From assembly GCF_963921235.1 (NCBI RefSeq), contig NC_086097.1:197844001-197908000 (forward strand): a DNA stretch of 64,000 bases, read 5' to 3'. The position numbers and the translations under genes are program-made. The notes beneath the pieces are model-generated. The model saw only the letters and a list, made by a program, of their open reading frames with translations. It was not told the DNA's origin and did no database searches. This stretch comes from Mobula hypostoma. Its lineage: Eukaryota. Shown one piece after another: positions 12,078 to 25,540 of this stretch (position 1 is the first letter of the stretch; each line of letters opens with the position of its first letter).

Positions 12078-12390
12078 AATGGCATGATAGTGTATTGTTT
12101 AGTGCATCACTTTAAGTGACAGTGATGACTGATCGGGGTTCAATTTCTGCTGCTACCTGTAAGGAGTTTGTATGTTCTCTCTGGGATCACCATCGGGTCC
12201 TCCAGTTTCCTCCCATATTCCAAAGATGTACTGTAAGGGTTAGTGGGTTATGGACATTCAGTATTGGTGCCGGAAGAATGAGGGTACTTGCAGGCTGCCC
12301 AGCACAATGCTGGCTGATTTGATTTGACGCAAACAGCACATTTCATTGTATGTTTCGATGTACATGTGACAAACAAAGCTAATCTTTAGT
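12078..12390 (+). mobile_element. tRNA-derived V-SINE (HE1-like)
   Basis: ggggttcaatt B-box, ggagtttgtatgttctct..ccagtttcctcccatattccaaaga V-domain, same tail as the 10775 copy. Confidence 0.75.
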
Positions 12391-12586
12391 TTTTATAATT
12401 TGAGAATTATTTCCATCAGGCATTCTAAGAATTTACATTTAATGTCACAGAATGAGCTTTTTAGGATGAATTGTAGCTGAGACAATTTGTTGCTGATACT
12501 AGAGCTTTAACCTTCTTACATCTCTATGTCTGAATTTACGCAAAGTAGGCATAGAACTGTAGTTTCCCAATGTATGTTTTAGTATC

Positions 12587-12815
12587 TATAATGTATGGAC
12601 CTTTTTTTTTAGATCAATAACACCCCCCCCCAGCACCACGTACTGATCTGTTTGCTATGTATGTGCATTGTTCTCTCTCTCTCTCTCTCTCTCTCGATCT
12701 CCATTTCTATCCCTATCTCCCCCCCCTTACATTGCAATGTGAGGGTACCACTTAAAGCAATCTCCCGCATGTGTGCTTTTATTTAGTATATATGTAGTTG
12801 TACCTAAACACAACA
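12587..12815 (+). repeat. Gypsy 5' LTR
   Basis: Shares atgtgcattgttctctctct, ttaaagc..tctcccgcatg and tatatatgtagttgt with 17296-17477. Confidence 0.8.
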
Positions 12816-14864
12816 AATTGGTGAGTGCGAACCTCAGTGTCAGAAAAATCACGAACTGCACTGACAGTTACAGCGTGATTATGGGATGAAACAGCAAAAG
12901 TAAAACAGTACAGAGAAAACCATCATGGACACTAATAAGCATGTGAGTAACAAGTGAAAGATGCGTTGAATCTAAAGTGAAAATAACATGGCAATGGCTT
13001 CAGTCAGGAAAGTTGATAAATTTGATAGTGCTAATGAAGGCTGGGAGTCATATATTTAGAGGGTTGAACTGTATGCTAATACCAACAACGTGGAGGACCA
13101 AAGAAAGCCCCTGCACTTCTTAGCTTAATGGGTGCAAGGACGTACAGTCTCTGATGCAACCCAGGAGAAGCCAGCAAGCAAGCCTTTAAATAAAATTGTT
13201 ACAATTTTACAAAATCACTAGAGCCCTTAACTTAGATTTTACAAAATGAACTAATCAAAAGATGAAAGCCTTTCTGAATATATTACAAAACTGCGCAAAC
13301 TTTCCCAGTACTGTGACTTTAGAGATGGACTTTCCGATGCATTTAGGGACAAACTTGTATGTGCCATGTATAGTCAAAGCACTCAAATGAGGTTACTGGT
13401 AGAAAGAGATCGACCCTTAGAATGGGCATTGACCATCAGAATATCATTAGAGACTGCAGCCAAGGATGTAGCAGAACAACAGAAAAGGAGGTTAGAATGT
13501 GAAATGCACAAAATATCCCTGAATGAGGCAATAAGCCAAAGATGTTATCGATGTAGCAAATCCTCCCATGAAGCAAATGACTGTAGGTTCAGAGAAAAAG
13601 TCTACAGAAGATGTCACGGACAAGGTCACATAGAGAGAGTGTGCAAGGCAGACAAAAAGTACAACTGTGTGAAAGTCTCAAACACAAAACTAAGCAAATG
13701 CATAATGTTACCGAATGTAAAACAGTATCAGACAACATAGTCTGACAAAGGAGAACTGTCATGCCTAGAAATGCGTAGTATAACTGAAGAAGATCACTAA
13801 ATCATCTGTATCATAATAGATGTGTCTGGTGTAAAACTGAAAATGGAGCCCGATACAGGGTCAGCTTTGTCAGATAATTCCAGAGGTTGACTACAACGGG
13901 CTGTTTTCTAAGATACCTTTAGAGAAGACCTCAGTGATGGAATGATCTACACAGGTGAAAAAGAGCTCCCCCCCCAAAGGCAAACCGAAAGTGAAGGTGA
14001 CATATGGAGACCAAAGGCAGTTGGAGCTTTATGTATTGAAAAGTGGAGGGCCAGCTTTTTTTGGACGTGAATGGTTAAGAAAAATCCAACTGGACTGGCA
14101 CTCAATCAAAGCTCTCAGTGTAACATCAACAGGCAATGGCAGCCCAAATGGTAGCACTAACCAGAGACCGGCACAGCTGCTTAACGCTAATGAGAAAGCG
14201 TTTGTAAAGCTGATTGATAAACTCAAAGGCATGAAGGCCAGAATTGAACTGGATGAAGCAGCAACATCAAGATTCCATAAAGCACGTCCAGTACCTTGCG
14301 TACTACATCCTAAAGTGGATGCTGAACTTCAGAGCTCAGTGGCATCGGGAATTCTCTCCAAGGTTGAGTAGAGTGATTGGACCATGTCCATTGTCCTGGT
14401 GATCAAGTAAGGGAAGGCTGGAACCGTTTGTGTACGTGGGGATTTCAAGGTGAGCATTAATCCATTGCTGCGTACTGTGCAGTATTGCCTGCCATGAATA
14501 GAAGACATTTTTGCATCTTAGACAGGCAGGGAGAGGTTTTCAAAGATTAACTTGCCACAAACCTATCTGCAGATGGAGATTGAGGAATCAAGTAAAAGGT
14601 TCCTCATAAGGGACTGTTCCAGTATAGTTGTCTCGTCTTTGGCGTCACATCAGCTCCTGCAATTTGGCAAAAGAGCAATGGACCAAGTGCTCTAAGGTAT
14701 CCCAGACCAAAATGTTACCCTGATGACATCATCGTGACTGGCAAAAATGATGAAGAGCACCTCCAGAACCTTGGTAAAGTGTATACCAGGCTGAGTGAGT
14801 ATGGTCTGCCTGCAAAGAGAGAGAAATGTGAGTTTTTCAAGAATGAAATCTCATATTGTAGACA

Positions 14865-15086
14865 ACAGGAATTCTGCAGATGCTGAAAATTCAAGCAACA
14901 TACATCAAAGTTGCTGGTGAACGCAGCAGGCCAAGCAGCATCTGTAGGAAGAGGTGCAGTCGACGTTTCAGGCCGAGACATTTCAGTTAGTCCTGACGAA
15001 GGGTCTCAGCCTGAAACGTCGACTGCACCTCTTCCTACAGATGCTGCTTCGCCTGCTGCGTTCACCAGCAACTTTGATGTATGTTG
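14865..15086. mobile_element. PLE mini-palindrome (222 bp) inserted into Gypsy RT
   Basis: Minus 3' end 14865-14979, plus 3' end ~14983-15086. Perfect 16-bp TSD TCTCATATTGTAGACA at 14849-14864 and 15087-15102; the final ACA overlaps the element terminus. Confidence 0.93.
14989..15024 (+). ncRNA. Minimal type I hammerhead ribozyme motif
   Basis: AGTC CTGACGA AGG GTCTCAG CCT GAAA CG TC GACT. Confidence 0.85.
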
Positions 15087-17295
15087 TCTCATATTGTAGA
15101 CATGTTATTGACAAACATGGCTTACATAAGTCACAAGAGTTGATTGAAGCAGTGCTACAGATATTCAAACCAGAAAATGTGTCTCAACTCAGGTCATACT
15201 TGGGCCTTGTAAACTACTACCTTTGGTTTCTCCCAAACATCGCTACGGTGCTGCATCCATTGGATGTACTATTACAGACAAGAGCAAAGTGGAAATGGTC
15301 AGAAAGGTGTGAAAAAGAATTCAAGGAAACAAAGAGACTAATAACATCTGATGAACTGCTCACCCATTATGACCCATCCCTGCCCAGCAGACTGGTGTGC
15401 AATGCATCCCCTTATGGCATTGGGGCCGTTTTGTCACACGATACGAAAGGTGGATCTGAACACCTGATTGCATTTGCTTCAAGATCGCTGATGAGAGCAG
15501 AACACAGCTATGCACAGATCGACCAAGAGGCATTTGGTCTAGTATAGGGAATAAGGAAGTTCTACCACTACCTTTATGAACAAAGTTTATGCTAGTGACA
15601 GATTACCATCCCCTTGTGTCCAGTTCCAATCTCAGGAAGGGAATTCTAGAGATGACTGCTACAGGGTTACAACATTGGGCACTGTTCTTATGACATAGAG
15701 TTCAAGGATACCAAACAACACCACAATGCTGGTGGATTGTCACGCCTCCCACTATTGGTAGTTGAGGAAGAAAAGTCTTCATACTGTGACCCAGCAGAAG
15801 TGTTCCACACCTCACTGGTGAGCCAGTTGCTGGTAACAATTCTGAAATACAAAAGGGAAACAAAGGATGACCCGAAATTGTCAAGAGTCCATGAAACCAT
15901 CATGCAAGGATGGCTGGCTCATGGTAACCCGATGTTTCCAGAGTTCTCAGTGAGACAAAACCAACTGTTAGTATGTCAAAGAATACTGATGTGTGGATTT
16001 TGTGTTGTGATTCCCTCCAAACTGCGCACCAGAGTGTTAGAGAATCTGCATGAAGGACACCTGGGTACAGTCAAGATGAAGAGCCTTGCCTGGAGCTACA
16101 TGTGGTAGCTGGGAATAGATAAACAGGTTGAAGACTTGGCCAAAAACTGTTCGGGATGCCTAAAAGTTCAAAATGCATCCCCACAGACACCATTACACCC
16201 AGGGAGTGGCCATCGTCACCATTGCAAGAGTACTTATTGACTTTGCTGGGCCTTTCATGGACTCCATGATTCTGGTTGATGTGGATGCTCATTTGAAGTG
16301 GCTGGAGGTTATACCAATAAAGTCAACTATCTCAGCAAAGATTGTCTCCTCTCTGAGGATTATCTTTGCCAGAAATGGCTTACCAGAACAACTTGTGAGT
16401 GACAACAGACCACAATACACGTCAGAAGCATTTCGACTGTTCATGAAGAAAAATGGCATCAGACATTTCAAGTCAGCTCCTCACCATCCAGCAGCGAATG
16501 GATTAGCTGAAAGGTTTATCTAAACCTTCAAAAAATCCATTAAAGTAATGGATAAGGAGGACATTTCTCTATAGGAAAAGGTGGACAGCTTCCATTTTGT
16601 GTATCGGAACTCCATTCATGTGATGACAAATCAAAAACCTGTAATGTTCATGAACAGGAATCTGAGATCTTGCATAGACCTCCTGAAACTAGATCTAAGG
16701 AGGGAAGTGCAGTATAAACAGTTGAAACATTTACCAAGTAAAGCAGCAAGGAACTTCAAGATTGGATAGGAAGTCCTAGCATGTGATTGCCAAGAAGACG
16801 TGGACGCCCTGTAGGACAGCTACACGAACAAGATATACAGAATAGATGTTGGAGATCAGACATGGAGACGTCATGTGGACCTGATGCTGGATGCTCAACG
16901 AAAGAACACTCTTGAGTCCACTGCATCAAACAAGACAGACACATTACAGTCACCGGACTTACCTCTCAATGATGATCATGTCACTGACAGCAATGTAATA
17001 CTGGAAACCGAGAACGTTGTCTTGGGCAAGACACCCACCAAATCTGATGCCACTCCACAGGTCCAGAGGCGTAAAGAAAATGTTATCATTGGCAAGACAC
17101 CTGCTAAACCTGACGTCACTCGATAGGTCCTGAGGCACTATTCCAAAGGAAACAGAGTGCCACCCAAAAGACTGAACCTTTAGTACTGTGAAGTTAGTTA
17201 TGGACTGTGAAAGCGTGTTCATTTGGAATATGGGTTTATGAACGGGAAATTGAATGTTTTGTACATATGCAGTTCTTGTTGCACTAGTCTAAAGG

Positions 17296-17477
17296 TGTAG
17301 GAAGTGGATCTATCTCTTTTAGAGCAATGACCTCCTCCCCACCTCCAGTACTATGTGTTGATCTATTGTCTGCACATGTGCATTGTTCTCTCTCTCTTGT
17401 TGCAATATGAATAACCAGTTAAAGCCCTCTCCCGCATGCATGCTTTTATATATATGTAGTTGTGCATAGACGTAACA
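17296..17477 (+). repeat. Gypsy 3' LTR
   Basis: Diverged direct repeat of the 5' LTR after a purine-rich tract (aaagg); followed by the GTATC TSD. Confidence 0.78.
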
Positions 17478-17624
17478 GTATCCTTTGTATTAATTTTGCA
17501 AAGAACAAGAAGAAAATGAAAGTATTTGCTTCGTTATTTTGTGGTCGTGATGTGAAGTTTATTGATGGATTAAAATTTGAGTTTCGTTTTGATAAAGAGG
17601 TTTCACAACATTTGATCTTCTCCT

Positions 17625-18510
17625 TCATCATTGATGACCTCTCACCCTATTCCGCTGCCTTCTCCCCATAACCTTTGATGTCCTTATTATTCAAAAACTT
17701 ATTTAAATCTCTGTTTTAAATATACCAAGTGAGTTGGTGTTCACAGTCATCTGTGGCAATGAATTCAACAGATTCACCATCCTCTAGTTAAACTTCATCC
17801 TCATCTCTGTTCTATATCCTTCTATTCTGAGGGCATGCCCTTTGGTCCTAGACTGTCCCACTATTGAAAGCACCCTCTCTTCATTCACTTGTTCTAGGGC
17901 TTTGAATATTCTGTATATTCAATATCAAAGAGATCCACTCTGAGCGTTCTAAACTCCAGTAAGTCCATATTTGACCACTGCTACACTGCAACTAAGAATG
18001 CCTTCTTTTGCACATTAGTTGTTTGTCAATCATTGTTTATATATAGTTTTTCATAAATTCTATTGTATTTTTATTTTTTCTGTAACGCCTAGAAGAAAAT
18101 GGATCTTAAGTTTGTATATGGTGACATGTACATACTTTGAAAATAAGTTTACTTTGACTTAGAATTTTGGACTGAGCACAGACCGGCAGCCACTAAACAC
18201 TCCTCATACATTAACCCTTTCATTACTGGGATCATTCTTGTAAATCCCCTCTGGACCTCTCCTATGCCAGCACATCATTTCTTAGATATGAGGCTCAAAA
18301 CTGCTCACAGTACTCCAGATGTGCTCTGACCAATGCCTTATAAGGTCTCACTATTGCATCCTTGTTTATATATTCTGGTTCTCTGGAAATGAATGCTAAC
18401 ATTGCATCTGCCATCCTTACTACTGACTCAACTTCCAAGTTAACCTTTAGGGAATCCTCCTCTGCGATCCCACATCCCCTTGCACATTCCATTTCTGAAT
18501 TTGCTCCCTG
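17625..18510 (-). mobile_element. Old CR1 3' fragment interrupted by a Rex1-type tail (~17975-18165, +)
   Basis: LKVNLEVESVVRMADAMLAFISR..YKALVRAHLEYCEQF; the interrupting piece ends gtatatggtgacatgtacatactttgaaataagtttactttga. Confidence 0.75.
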
Positions 18511-18639
18511 AATTGCTTCAAAATTTGAAATCCTAATCTTGAGATTACCTTTGGTTATCAGCAGTTTTTAATTTTGATCACTGTTGTTGATTGTATGAAA
18601 TAATTATTGAAACTGTTTACTAATGACACCACTGTTGTT

Positions 18640-19390
18640 GGTTGAATCAAGAGTGGAGGGAGATTGAAAATCTGGTTAAGTAATGCCACAACAACAACTT
18701 CTCACTCAGTGTTAGCAAGACTAAGGAGATGATTATTGACTTCAGGAGGAGGGAACTGGAGATCCATGTGCTAGTCCTCATTGGGAGATCGGAGGTGGAG
18801 AAGGTCAACAACTTTAAATTCCTCTGTGTTATAATTTCTGAGGATCTGTCCTGGGTCCGGTATGCAAGTGCCATTACAAAGCACCTCTCCTTTCTTATTA
18901 GTTTGCGTTACTTCGGCATATAATCTTAAACCTTGACAAACATCTGTAGATGTGTGGTGGAGAGTATATTGACTAGTTGTATCACAGCCTGGTATGAAAA
19001 GACCTTGCACAGAAAAGTCTGCAGTAAGTAGTGGATACTGCCCAGTCCATCATGGGTAATGCCCTGCCCACCATTGAGCGCATATACATGGAGTGCTGTT
19101 GCAGGAGTGTCCATCATCACAAACCTCTACTATCCATGCCATGCTCTCTATTAATCTGCTGCCATCAAGAAGAAGGTACAGGACCTTCAGGACCCAAGGA
19201 AACAGAGGCTAATAACATCTGATACTCCTTTCCTAAAAGTTCCTTTTTATTTTCACATTGGATATGATTTTTCTTTGATTCAATTGTGTTTCTTATATAT
19301 ACATTGACTGCCCACAAGAAAAATGAATCTCAGGTTGTATATGGTGACATCTATGTACTTTGACAATAAATTTACTTTGAACTTTGCACC
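18640..19390 (+). mobile_element. Rex1/Babar LINE 3' fragment
   Basis: MIIDFRRR..VLIGRSEVEKVNNFKFLCVIISEDLSW; tail ctcaggttgtatatggtgacat..aataaatttactttgaacttt. Confidence 0.8.
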
Positions 19391-20820
19391 TTTTGCAGTG
19401 AAAGAATGCTGTCAATACTGTCTCTACTAAATCCTCCAAATTTACTAGAAGGACAAGCAAACTAACATCAGAGTACTCTCTCTCCCAATTCAACATCCTC
19501 AACTTTGAAGCTTGAATTACTCTTACTTGGCTGTATTTCACTTTCACTCACATATCTGGCACTAGGTTCCCAATCTCTGTCATGGGAAGAGCAAGATTCA
19601 TGAATGTGCTCAAAGCAACATTCCCAATGACCGCAGGGAATTTCTGACTTATGATTGCTCAAAGCAAAGAAGGGCATTTGGATTGGCGTTGAGAACCTCA
19701 ATACTATGCATCAGGATTATACAGAAGCCCTGTTACCACCTTCCTGCACCATCTGTGAAAGTGCCTGTAATTCTCACTACAGGCCCACACACTCAAATGG
19801 AAGCTTTCTTTCTCAATCCTAAGGGCCTCCCTAAGGAAAAGAAAAAACTTAGCATGTTTAATTTTGCCCAAGTTCCTGTATGCATTGCAGTATTATTTTC
19901 ATGTACTAATTCTTTATTTTCCTGATTTCATATTAACAAAGTACTTGAAGATGGATGAAAAGAAAAGAGCAGATTATGTTCATATTATTACTTTTCTATG
20001 TAGTGTATGCAAGTGTTCCCAAGATGTCGAATATGTTAACCTTCCGAAGGATGCATTGCTTTTAGAGAGTTTCTTAGAATATTTCAGAAATCAGCATCCT
20101 AGGCTTGAGAAAAGAGTATTTCAAGTTATGGAAAAAAAAATCTATTATTTAGAAAATACATGTGATTGACAAGAAGAAATATATACGTGATCCCTTATGT
20201 TTCGGTAATGGCAGTTTATCTTTCTAGAATTTGCACATCAGTTGATTAAGAATAAAATTAATTCAGAGAATTTAAATGCAAAAATAAATAAATAAACACA
20301 ATTTTTCTTTCAGCTTGCATCTCCTAATGCATGTGCAGATGATGCAGCTTTGCATTATAGAAAATCTTGAAACAATTTCCTTCGACTGCAGCACAATGTC
20401 ATCCCCCACACTCTACCAAACCGACATGGGGGCTGCCTGTATATCATTATTGTGAATCAAATTATCACAAGCAGCTGCCCTCTTAACATGCAGGAAACTA
20501 ACACTAAATAGCTGGTACAGCAATGTTTTATGGGGTAAATAGGATATGAATGTGCTACTTTAAAAATGTGCAGCTAAGAGTTAACAGTATTGATGAATTT
20601 TCATTTGAGATTATGATATAAAGGATTACAGTGACTTGTTATGTAACAGAATAGTATACTGTGGTTCACAAATTTGCAGTATGTGTTTCTGTGGTGTCAT
20701 CGTCTACCCATCGTCCCACTGTATTTAACTAGCTGCTATAATCAATACAATTTAGACTTTTTATTTGAACAATGTGTTTTTCAAACTAAGTTAAGGGCTG
20801 ATGTTTTCAGCACCAGAGTT

Positions 20821-22741
20821 ATAAGACCATAAGACAAAGGAGCAGAAGTAGGCCATTTGGCCCATCGAGTCTGCTCCGCCGTTTTATCATGAGCTGATCC
20901 ATTTTATCCTATTTAGTCCCACTGCCCCGCCTTCTCACCATAACCTTTGATGCCCTGGCTACTCAGATACCTATCAATCTCTGCCTTAAATACACCCAAT
21001 GACTTGGCCTCCACTGCTGCCCGTGGTAACAACTTCCATAAATTCACCACCCTCTAACTAAAAAAATTTCTTTGCATTTCTGTTCTGAAACGGCGCCCTT
21101 CAATCCTGAAGTCATGCCCTCTCGTACTAGACTCCCCCATCATGGGAGACAACTTTGCCACATCCACTCTGTCCATGCCTTTCAACATTTGAAATGTTTC
21201 TATGAGGTCTCCCCTCATTCTTCTAAACTCCAAGGAATACAGTCCAAGAGCGGACAAACGTTCCTCATATGTTAACCCTCTCATTCCCGGAATCATTCTA
21301 GTGAATCTTCTCTGTACCCTCTCCAACGTCAGCACATCCTTTCTTAAATAAGGAGACCAAAACTGCCCACAGTACTCCAAGTGAGGTCTCACCAGCGCTT
21401 TATAGAGCCTCAACATCACATCCCTGCTCCTATACTCTATTCCTCTAGAAATGAATGCCAATATTGCATTCGCCTTCTTCACTACCGACTCAACCTGGAG
21501 GTTAACTTTAAGGGAATCCTGTACGAGGACTCCCAAGTCCCGTTGCATCTCAGAACTTTGAATTCTTTCCCCATTTAAATAATAATCTGCCCGTTTATTT
21601 TTTCTGCCAAAGTGCATAACCATACACTTTCCAACATTGTACTTCATTTGCCACTTCTCTGCCCATTCTTCTAATCTATCCAAGTCTCTCTGCAGACTCT
21701 CCGTTTCCTCAGCACTACCGGCCCCTCCACCTATCTTCGTATCGTCAGCAAACTTAGCCACAAAGCCATCTATTCCATAATCCAAATCGTTGATGTACAA
21801 TGTAAAAAGAAGCGGCCCCAACACTGATCCCTGTGGAACACCACTGGTAACCGGCAGCCAACCAGAATAGGATCCCTTTATTCCCACTCTCTGTTTCCTG
21901 CCAATCAGCCAACGGTCTATCCACGTATGTAACTTTCCCGTAATTCCATGGGTTCTTATCTTGTTAAGCAGCCTCATGTGTGGCACCTTGTCAAAGGCCT
22001 TCTGAAAATCCAAATATACAACATCCACTGCATCTTCCTTGTCTAGCCTACTGGTAATTTCCTCAAAAAATTGTAATAGGTTTGTCAGGCAGGATTTTCC
22101 TTTAAGGAATCCATGCTGAGTTCTGCCTATCTTGTCATATGCCTCCAGGTACTCTGTAACCTCATCCTTGACAATTGACTCCAACAACTTCCCAACCACT
22201 GACGTCAAGCTAACAGGTCTATAATTTCCTTTTTGCTTCCTTGCCCCCTTGTTAAATAGCGGAGTGACATTTGCAATCTTCCAGTCTTCCGGAACCATGC
22301 CAGAATCTATCGACTTTTGAAAGATCATCGCTAATGCCTGCGCAATCTCCACAGCTACTTCCTTCAGAACACGAGGGTGCATTCCATCTGGTCCAGGAGA
22401 TTTATTGACCTTTAGCCTATTCAGCTTCCTGAGTACTTTCTCTGTCGTAATTGTGACTGCGCACACTTCTCTTCCCTGCCACCCTTGAGTGTCCGGTATC
22501 CTGCTGTCTTCCTCAGTGAAGACTGATGCAAAATACTTGTTCAGTTCCTCTGCCATCTCCTCATCTCCCATTACAATTTCTCCAGTATCATTTTCTATCG
22601 GTCCTATATCTACTCTCACCTGTCTTTTACTCTTTATATACTTGAAAAAGCTTTTAGTATCCTCTTTGATATTATTTGCTAGTTTCCTTTCATAGTTAAT
22701 CTTTTCCCTCTTAATGACCTTCTTGGTTTCCTTTTGTAAGG
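20821..22741 (-). mobile_element. Young 5'-truncated CR1 LINE
   Basis: Continuous 521-aa RT reading frame; 3' tail (ATAAGACC)n at 20821. Confidence 0.95.
21054..22619 (-). pseudogene. CR1 ORF2 reverse transcriptase portion (no endonuclease; premature TAG near the C-terminus)
   Basis: KSPGPDG, NYRPVSLTS, DFQKAFD, SGVPQGSVLGP, FADD motifs. Confidence 0.93.
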
Positions 22742-23462
22742 TTATGATATTATAGTTTTGAATATGCCAAACAACAGGACAAGACCTTCATTGTTCTTAT
22801 CAGATAATATGAACAAGTGTACAGATAATATATTTTAACTTGATTTGTTTCGCTGCATTGTGTGGTTTCAAATAAAAAAAGGATGATTTCAAACCATCTT
22901 TCCCTCTAGACATTGCCCACTTAAATATTTAGTAGCTGTAAAATCATAAACGGTTATGTGCATTTCTGACATTTGAAGTGAAGCATGTGTACCGAGGAGT
23001 CTATTTTTAGCATGTTCTTATGACAGAATCAATACCAGCCTGTGCAAAATCCCTCAAGACAAGGCACTGCAGAACTGGTAGACTGTTATAAGTAAAATAA
23101 TGAAGGCCATGGGCACAGCAATCACTAAACAGCAGAATTCCCCACACAGATGAAGGAGGACAAAATCATTTTATAAAAATATCCAAAATTAAGCTTTGCT
23201 TTTTTTATAAGCCAGTATTAAGCACTAAATTTATTTTTAAAAATCAGTTTGCATTCTACTGCTTCTAGAGACACACTAAGAAGAGAACTGATTTAATTTG
23301 TGTGACACATTTAGATTGTTTTATGAAGAGTAGCCCTGTACTTAAGACTTGTGTCAGATTTATTTATTATTAATTATAGCTTGGTTTCTTGAAAATAATG
23401 GATAACTAACTGGATTTTTTGTTTTATTTGTGTGCCCTTTGATGATATGACTGGATAGCAAC

Positions 23463-24220
23463 CAAAGTTCGAAGTAAATTTATTATCAAAGTACATATAT
23501 GTCACCATATACAACCCTGAGATTCATTCTCTTGCAGGCATACTCAATAGATCCATAATAGAATAATAACCATAATAGAATCAATGAAAGACTGCACTAA
23601 CTTTGGCATTCGTTCAGTCTGCAAATGACAGAAAACTGTGCAAATACAAAAAGAAGGAAATAATAATAAATATGGAGAACATGAGATGAAGAGTCCTTGA
23701 AAGTGAATCCATAGGTTGTGGGTCCATAGATGGGGCAAGTGAAGATGAATGAACTTAACTACTTTGGTTCAAGAGCCTGATGGTTGAGAGGTAATAACTG
23801 TTGCTGAACCTGGTGGTGTGAGTTCTGAGGCTCCTGTACCTTCCTCCTGATGGCAGCAGTGTGAAGAAAGCATGGCCTGGGTGGTGGAGGTCCCTGATGG
23901 GACGGATGCTGCTTTCCTGCAACAACACTTTGGATAGATGTGCTGAATGGTGGGAAGTGCTTTACTTGTGATGTAGTGGGACTTACCTATTATGTTTTGT
24001 GGGATTTTCCATTCAAGGGCATTGGTGTTTCCATACTAGGTTATGATGCAGCCAAACAATATATCTCCACTACGTATTTGTAGAAGTTGTCAAAGTTTTA
24101 GACGTCATGCTGAATTTTCACAAACTTCTAAGGAAGTAGAGGCACTGCCATGCTTCCTTCATGAAAGATCCTCAGAAATAATCACATCGAGGAATTTAAA
24201 GTTGCTGACCCTCTCCACAA
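23463..24220 (-). mobile_element. Rex1/Babar LINE 3' fragment
   Basis: Starts aagttcgaagtaaatttattatcaaagtaca.., the reverse complement of the tail at 19290-19390; ends ggaatttaaagttgctgaccctctccac. Confidence 0.8.
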
Positions 24221-25140
24221 TATCAAATGCCAAAAGGTATATTGACATTCTCTGTGTATTTCACTTGTCCACGGCAAGAGAAAATACTATGAAGCTACAG
24301 CGCAATTACTTAAAATATTGCCAGGCGAGTATTGAGTAGTCATTACTCAGATAGTGAATCATTTAGAAACTAAATTTTTGCAATATGGTGAAGAGATGTT
24401 AAATTATTAGACATAACTCTAATGTAGAAATCTTTGACTTGTGTTAAGATATTTTTAAAAAAATCACCTGTCCCAATGCATAAACAGTTTTGGTTGATAA
24501 AATAAAGTACATTTTTCTACCAATAAATATGAGGTTATCATAGGTAAAGTGCAATCTTTTAAAATGTAAGCAAATTCCTGTAATTATTTCTCAAACATTT
24601 AACTGCACCACCAGCCATAAACATTTACATTATTTTGTAGCATTAAGATATGGTGTGGAATCTCCACAAATGGGCATAATCGCTAATCCAGGGGAAATTG
24701 CAGATAAAATTGTGACTTTTGCAAATTATTTTTCCTCAAGTGTATTTTAGTATCAGTAAATTAAAAATCTGCCACAAACCAGTGTTTTTAAATGCAAATT
24801 TTTAATATATAAATTCTTCTTTCAGGAATATTTATTAATAAATTTAAGAATGGTAACTTGGTGTGTTTGAATATGGAGGTTGAAAGTATTCATTGTAAAT
24901 CTGAAATGAATTTAACAGGTCCATTATAAGTGAATAACTGGATTTTAAGTTGAAAAAAATCTCTGCAGAACCAATTGCTAACTATTTTGATGAAAACTCC
25001 TAAGTTTTATGTCGTTTTAAAAAATCAGGAGCTTGCAGAAGCAGTCTGTTAGGGTTGTTGCAAGATGAAGCAACAATTTTCATGTGGCATCTTAATGACC
25101 AGCAAACACTCATCAGGAATGGAAAATTGAAAAAGATGAA

Positions 25141-25267
25141 ACTTGAAGGATCTCGGCCTGAAACATCAACTGCTTACTCGTTTCCATAGATGCTGCCTGG
25201 CCTGCTGAGTTCCTCCAGCATTTAGTGTGTGTTGCTTGGCATTCCAGCATCTGCAGATTTTCTCTTC
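25141..25267 (+). mobile_element. Older PLE 3'-end fragment with degenerate hammerhead
   Basis: tgaaggatctcggcctgaaacatcaact..gatgctgcctggcctgctgagttcctccagca..cagcatctgcagatttt. Confidence 0.75.
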
Positions 25268-25504
25268 TTAAAAATGTTGACTTGTTCATAATAGTCGCCA
25301 GTCCAGTGAACAAGGCAAGCTTCAAAAGTAATACTTATTTAACAAGAACAATGGTCTCTAGACACACACATTTTGCCTGACACAATTTGTGTATGATGTC
25401 TGATGCAGTGATTTGACTGCATCCAAATAGGTTACACTCATGCAACACACATAAAAGTTGCTGGTGAACGCAGCAGGCCAGGCAGCATCTCTAGGAAGAG
25501 GTGC

Positions 25505-25540
25505 AGTCGACGTTTCAGGCCGAGACCCTTCGTCAGGACT
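25505..25540 (-). ncRNA. Minimal type I hammerhead ribozyme motif
   Basis: Reverse complement reads AGTC CTGACGA AGG GTCTCGG CCT GAAA CG TC GACT. Confidence 0.85.

Larger units (their letters stand above)
12988..17180 (+). pseudogene. Gypsy gag-pol, multiply disrupted
   Basis: MAMASVRKVDKFD..WESYI*R; CYRCSKSSHEANDCRF..CHGQGHIERVC; LRSYLGLVNYY; LENLHEGHLGTVKMKSLA; many stops and frameshifts. Confidence 0.88.
12587..17477 (+). mobile_element. Decayed Ty3/Gypsy LTR retrotransposon (Mag-like)
   Basis: 5' LTR ~12587-12815 and 3' LTR ~17296-17477, both ending AACA. PBS-like TGGTGA at 12819. TSD GTATC at 12582-12586 and 17478-17482. Gag with two zinc knuckles, protease DTGS, RT, RNase H (CNASPYGIGAVL), integrase (DFAGPF..VSDN..NGLAERF). 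Confidence 0.92.

Noticed and set aside
14865..15086. MITE or DNA transposon with long terminal inverted repeats
   Set aside because: Arms are identical to PLE 3' ends, are asymmetric, and TSD length varies between loci.
19864..20169. 101-aa ORF as a host gene
   Set aside because: Non-ATG start, AT-rich, and no recognisable domain.
21054..22619. Active or domesticated reverse transcriptase gene
   Set aside because: 5'-truncated CR1 without endonuclease, ORF1 or ATG start, with a premature stop; the long frame simply reflects youth.
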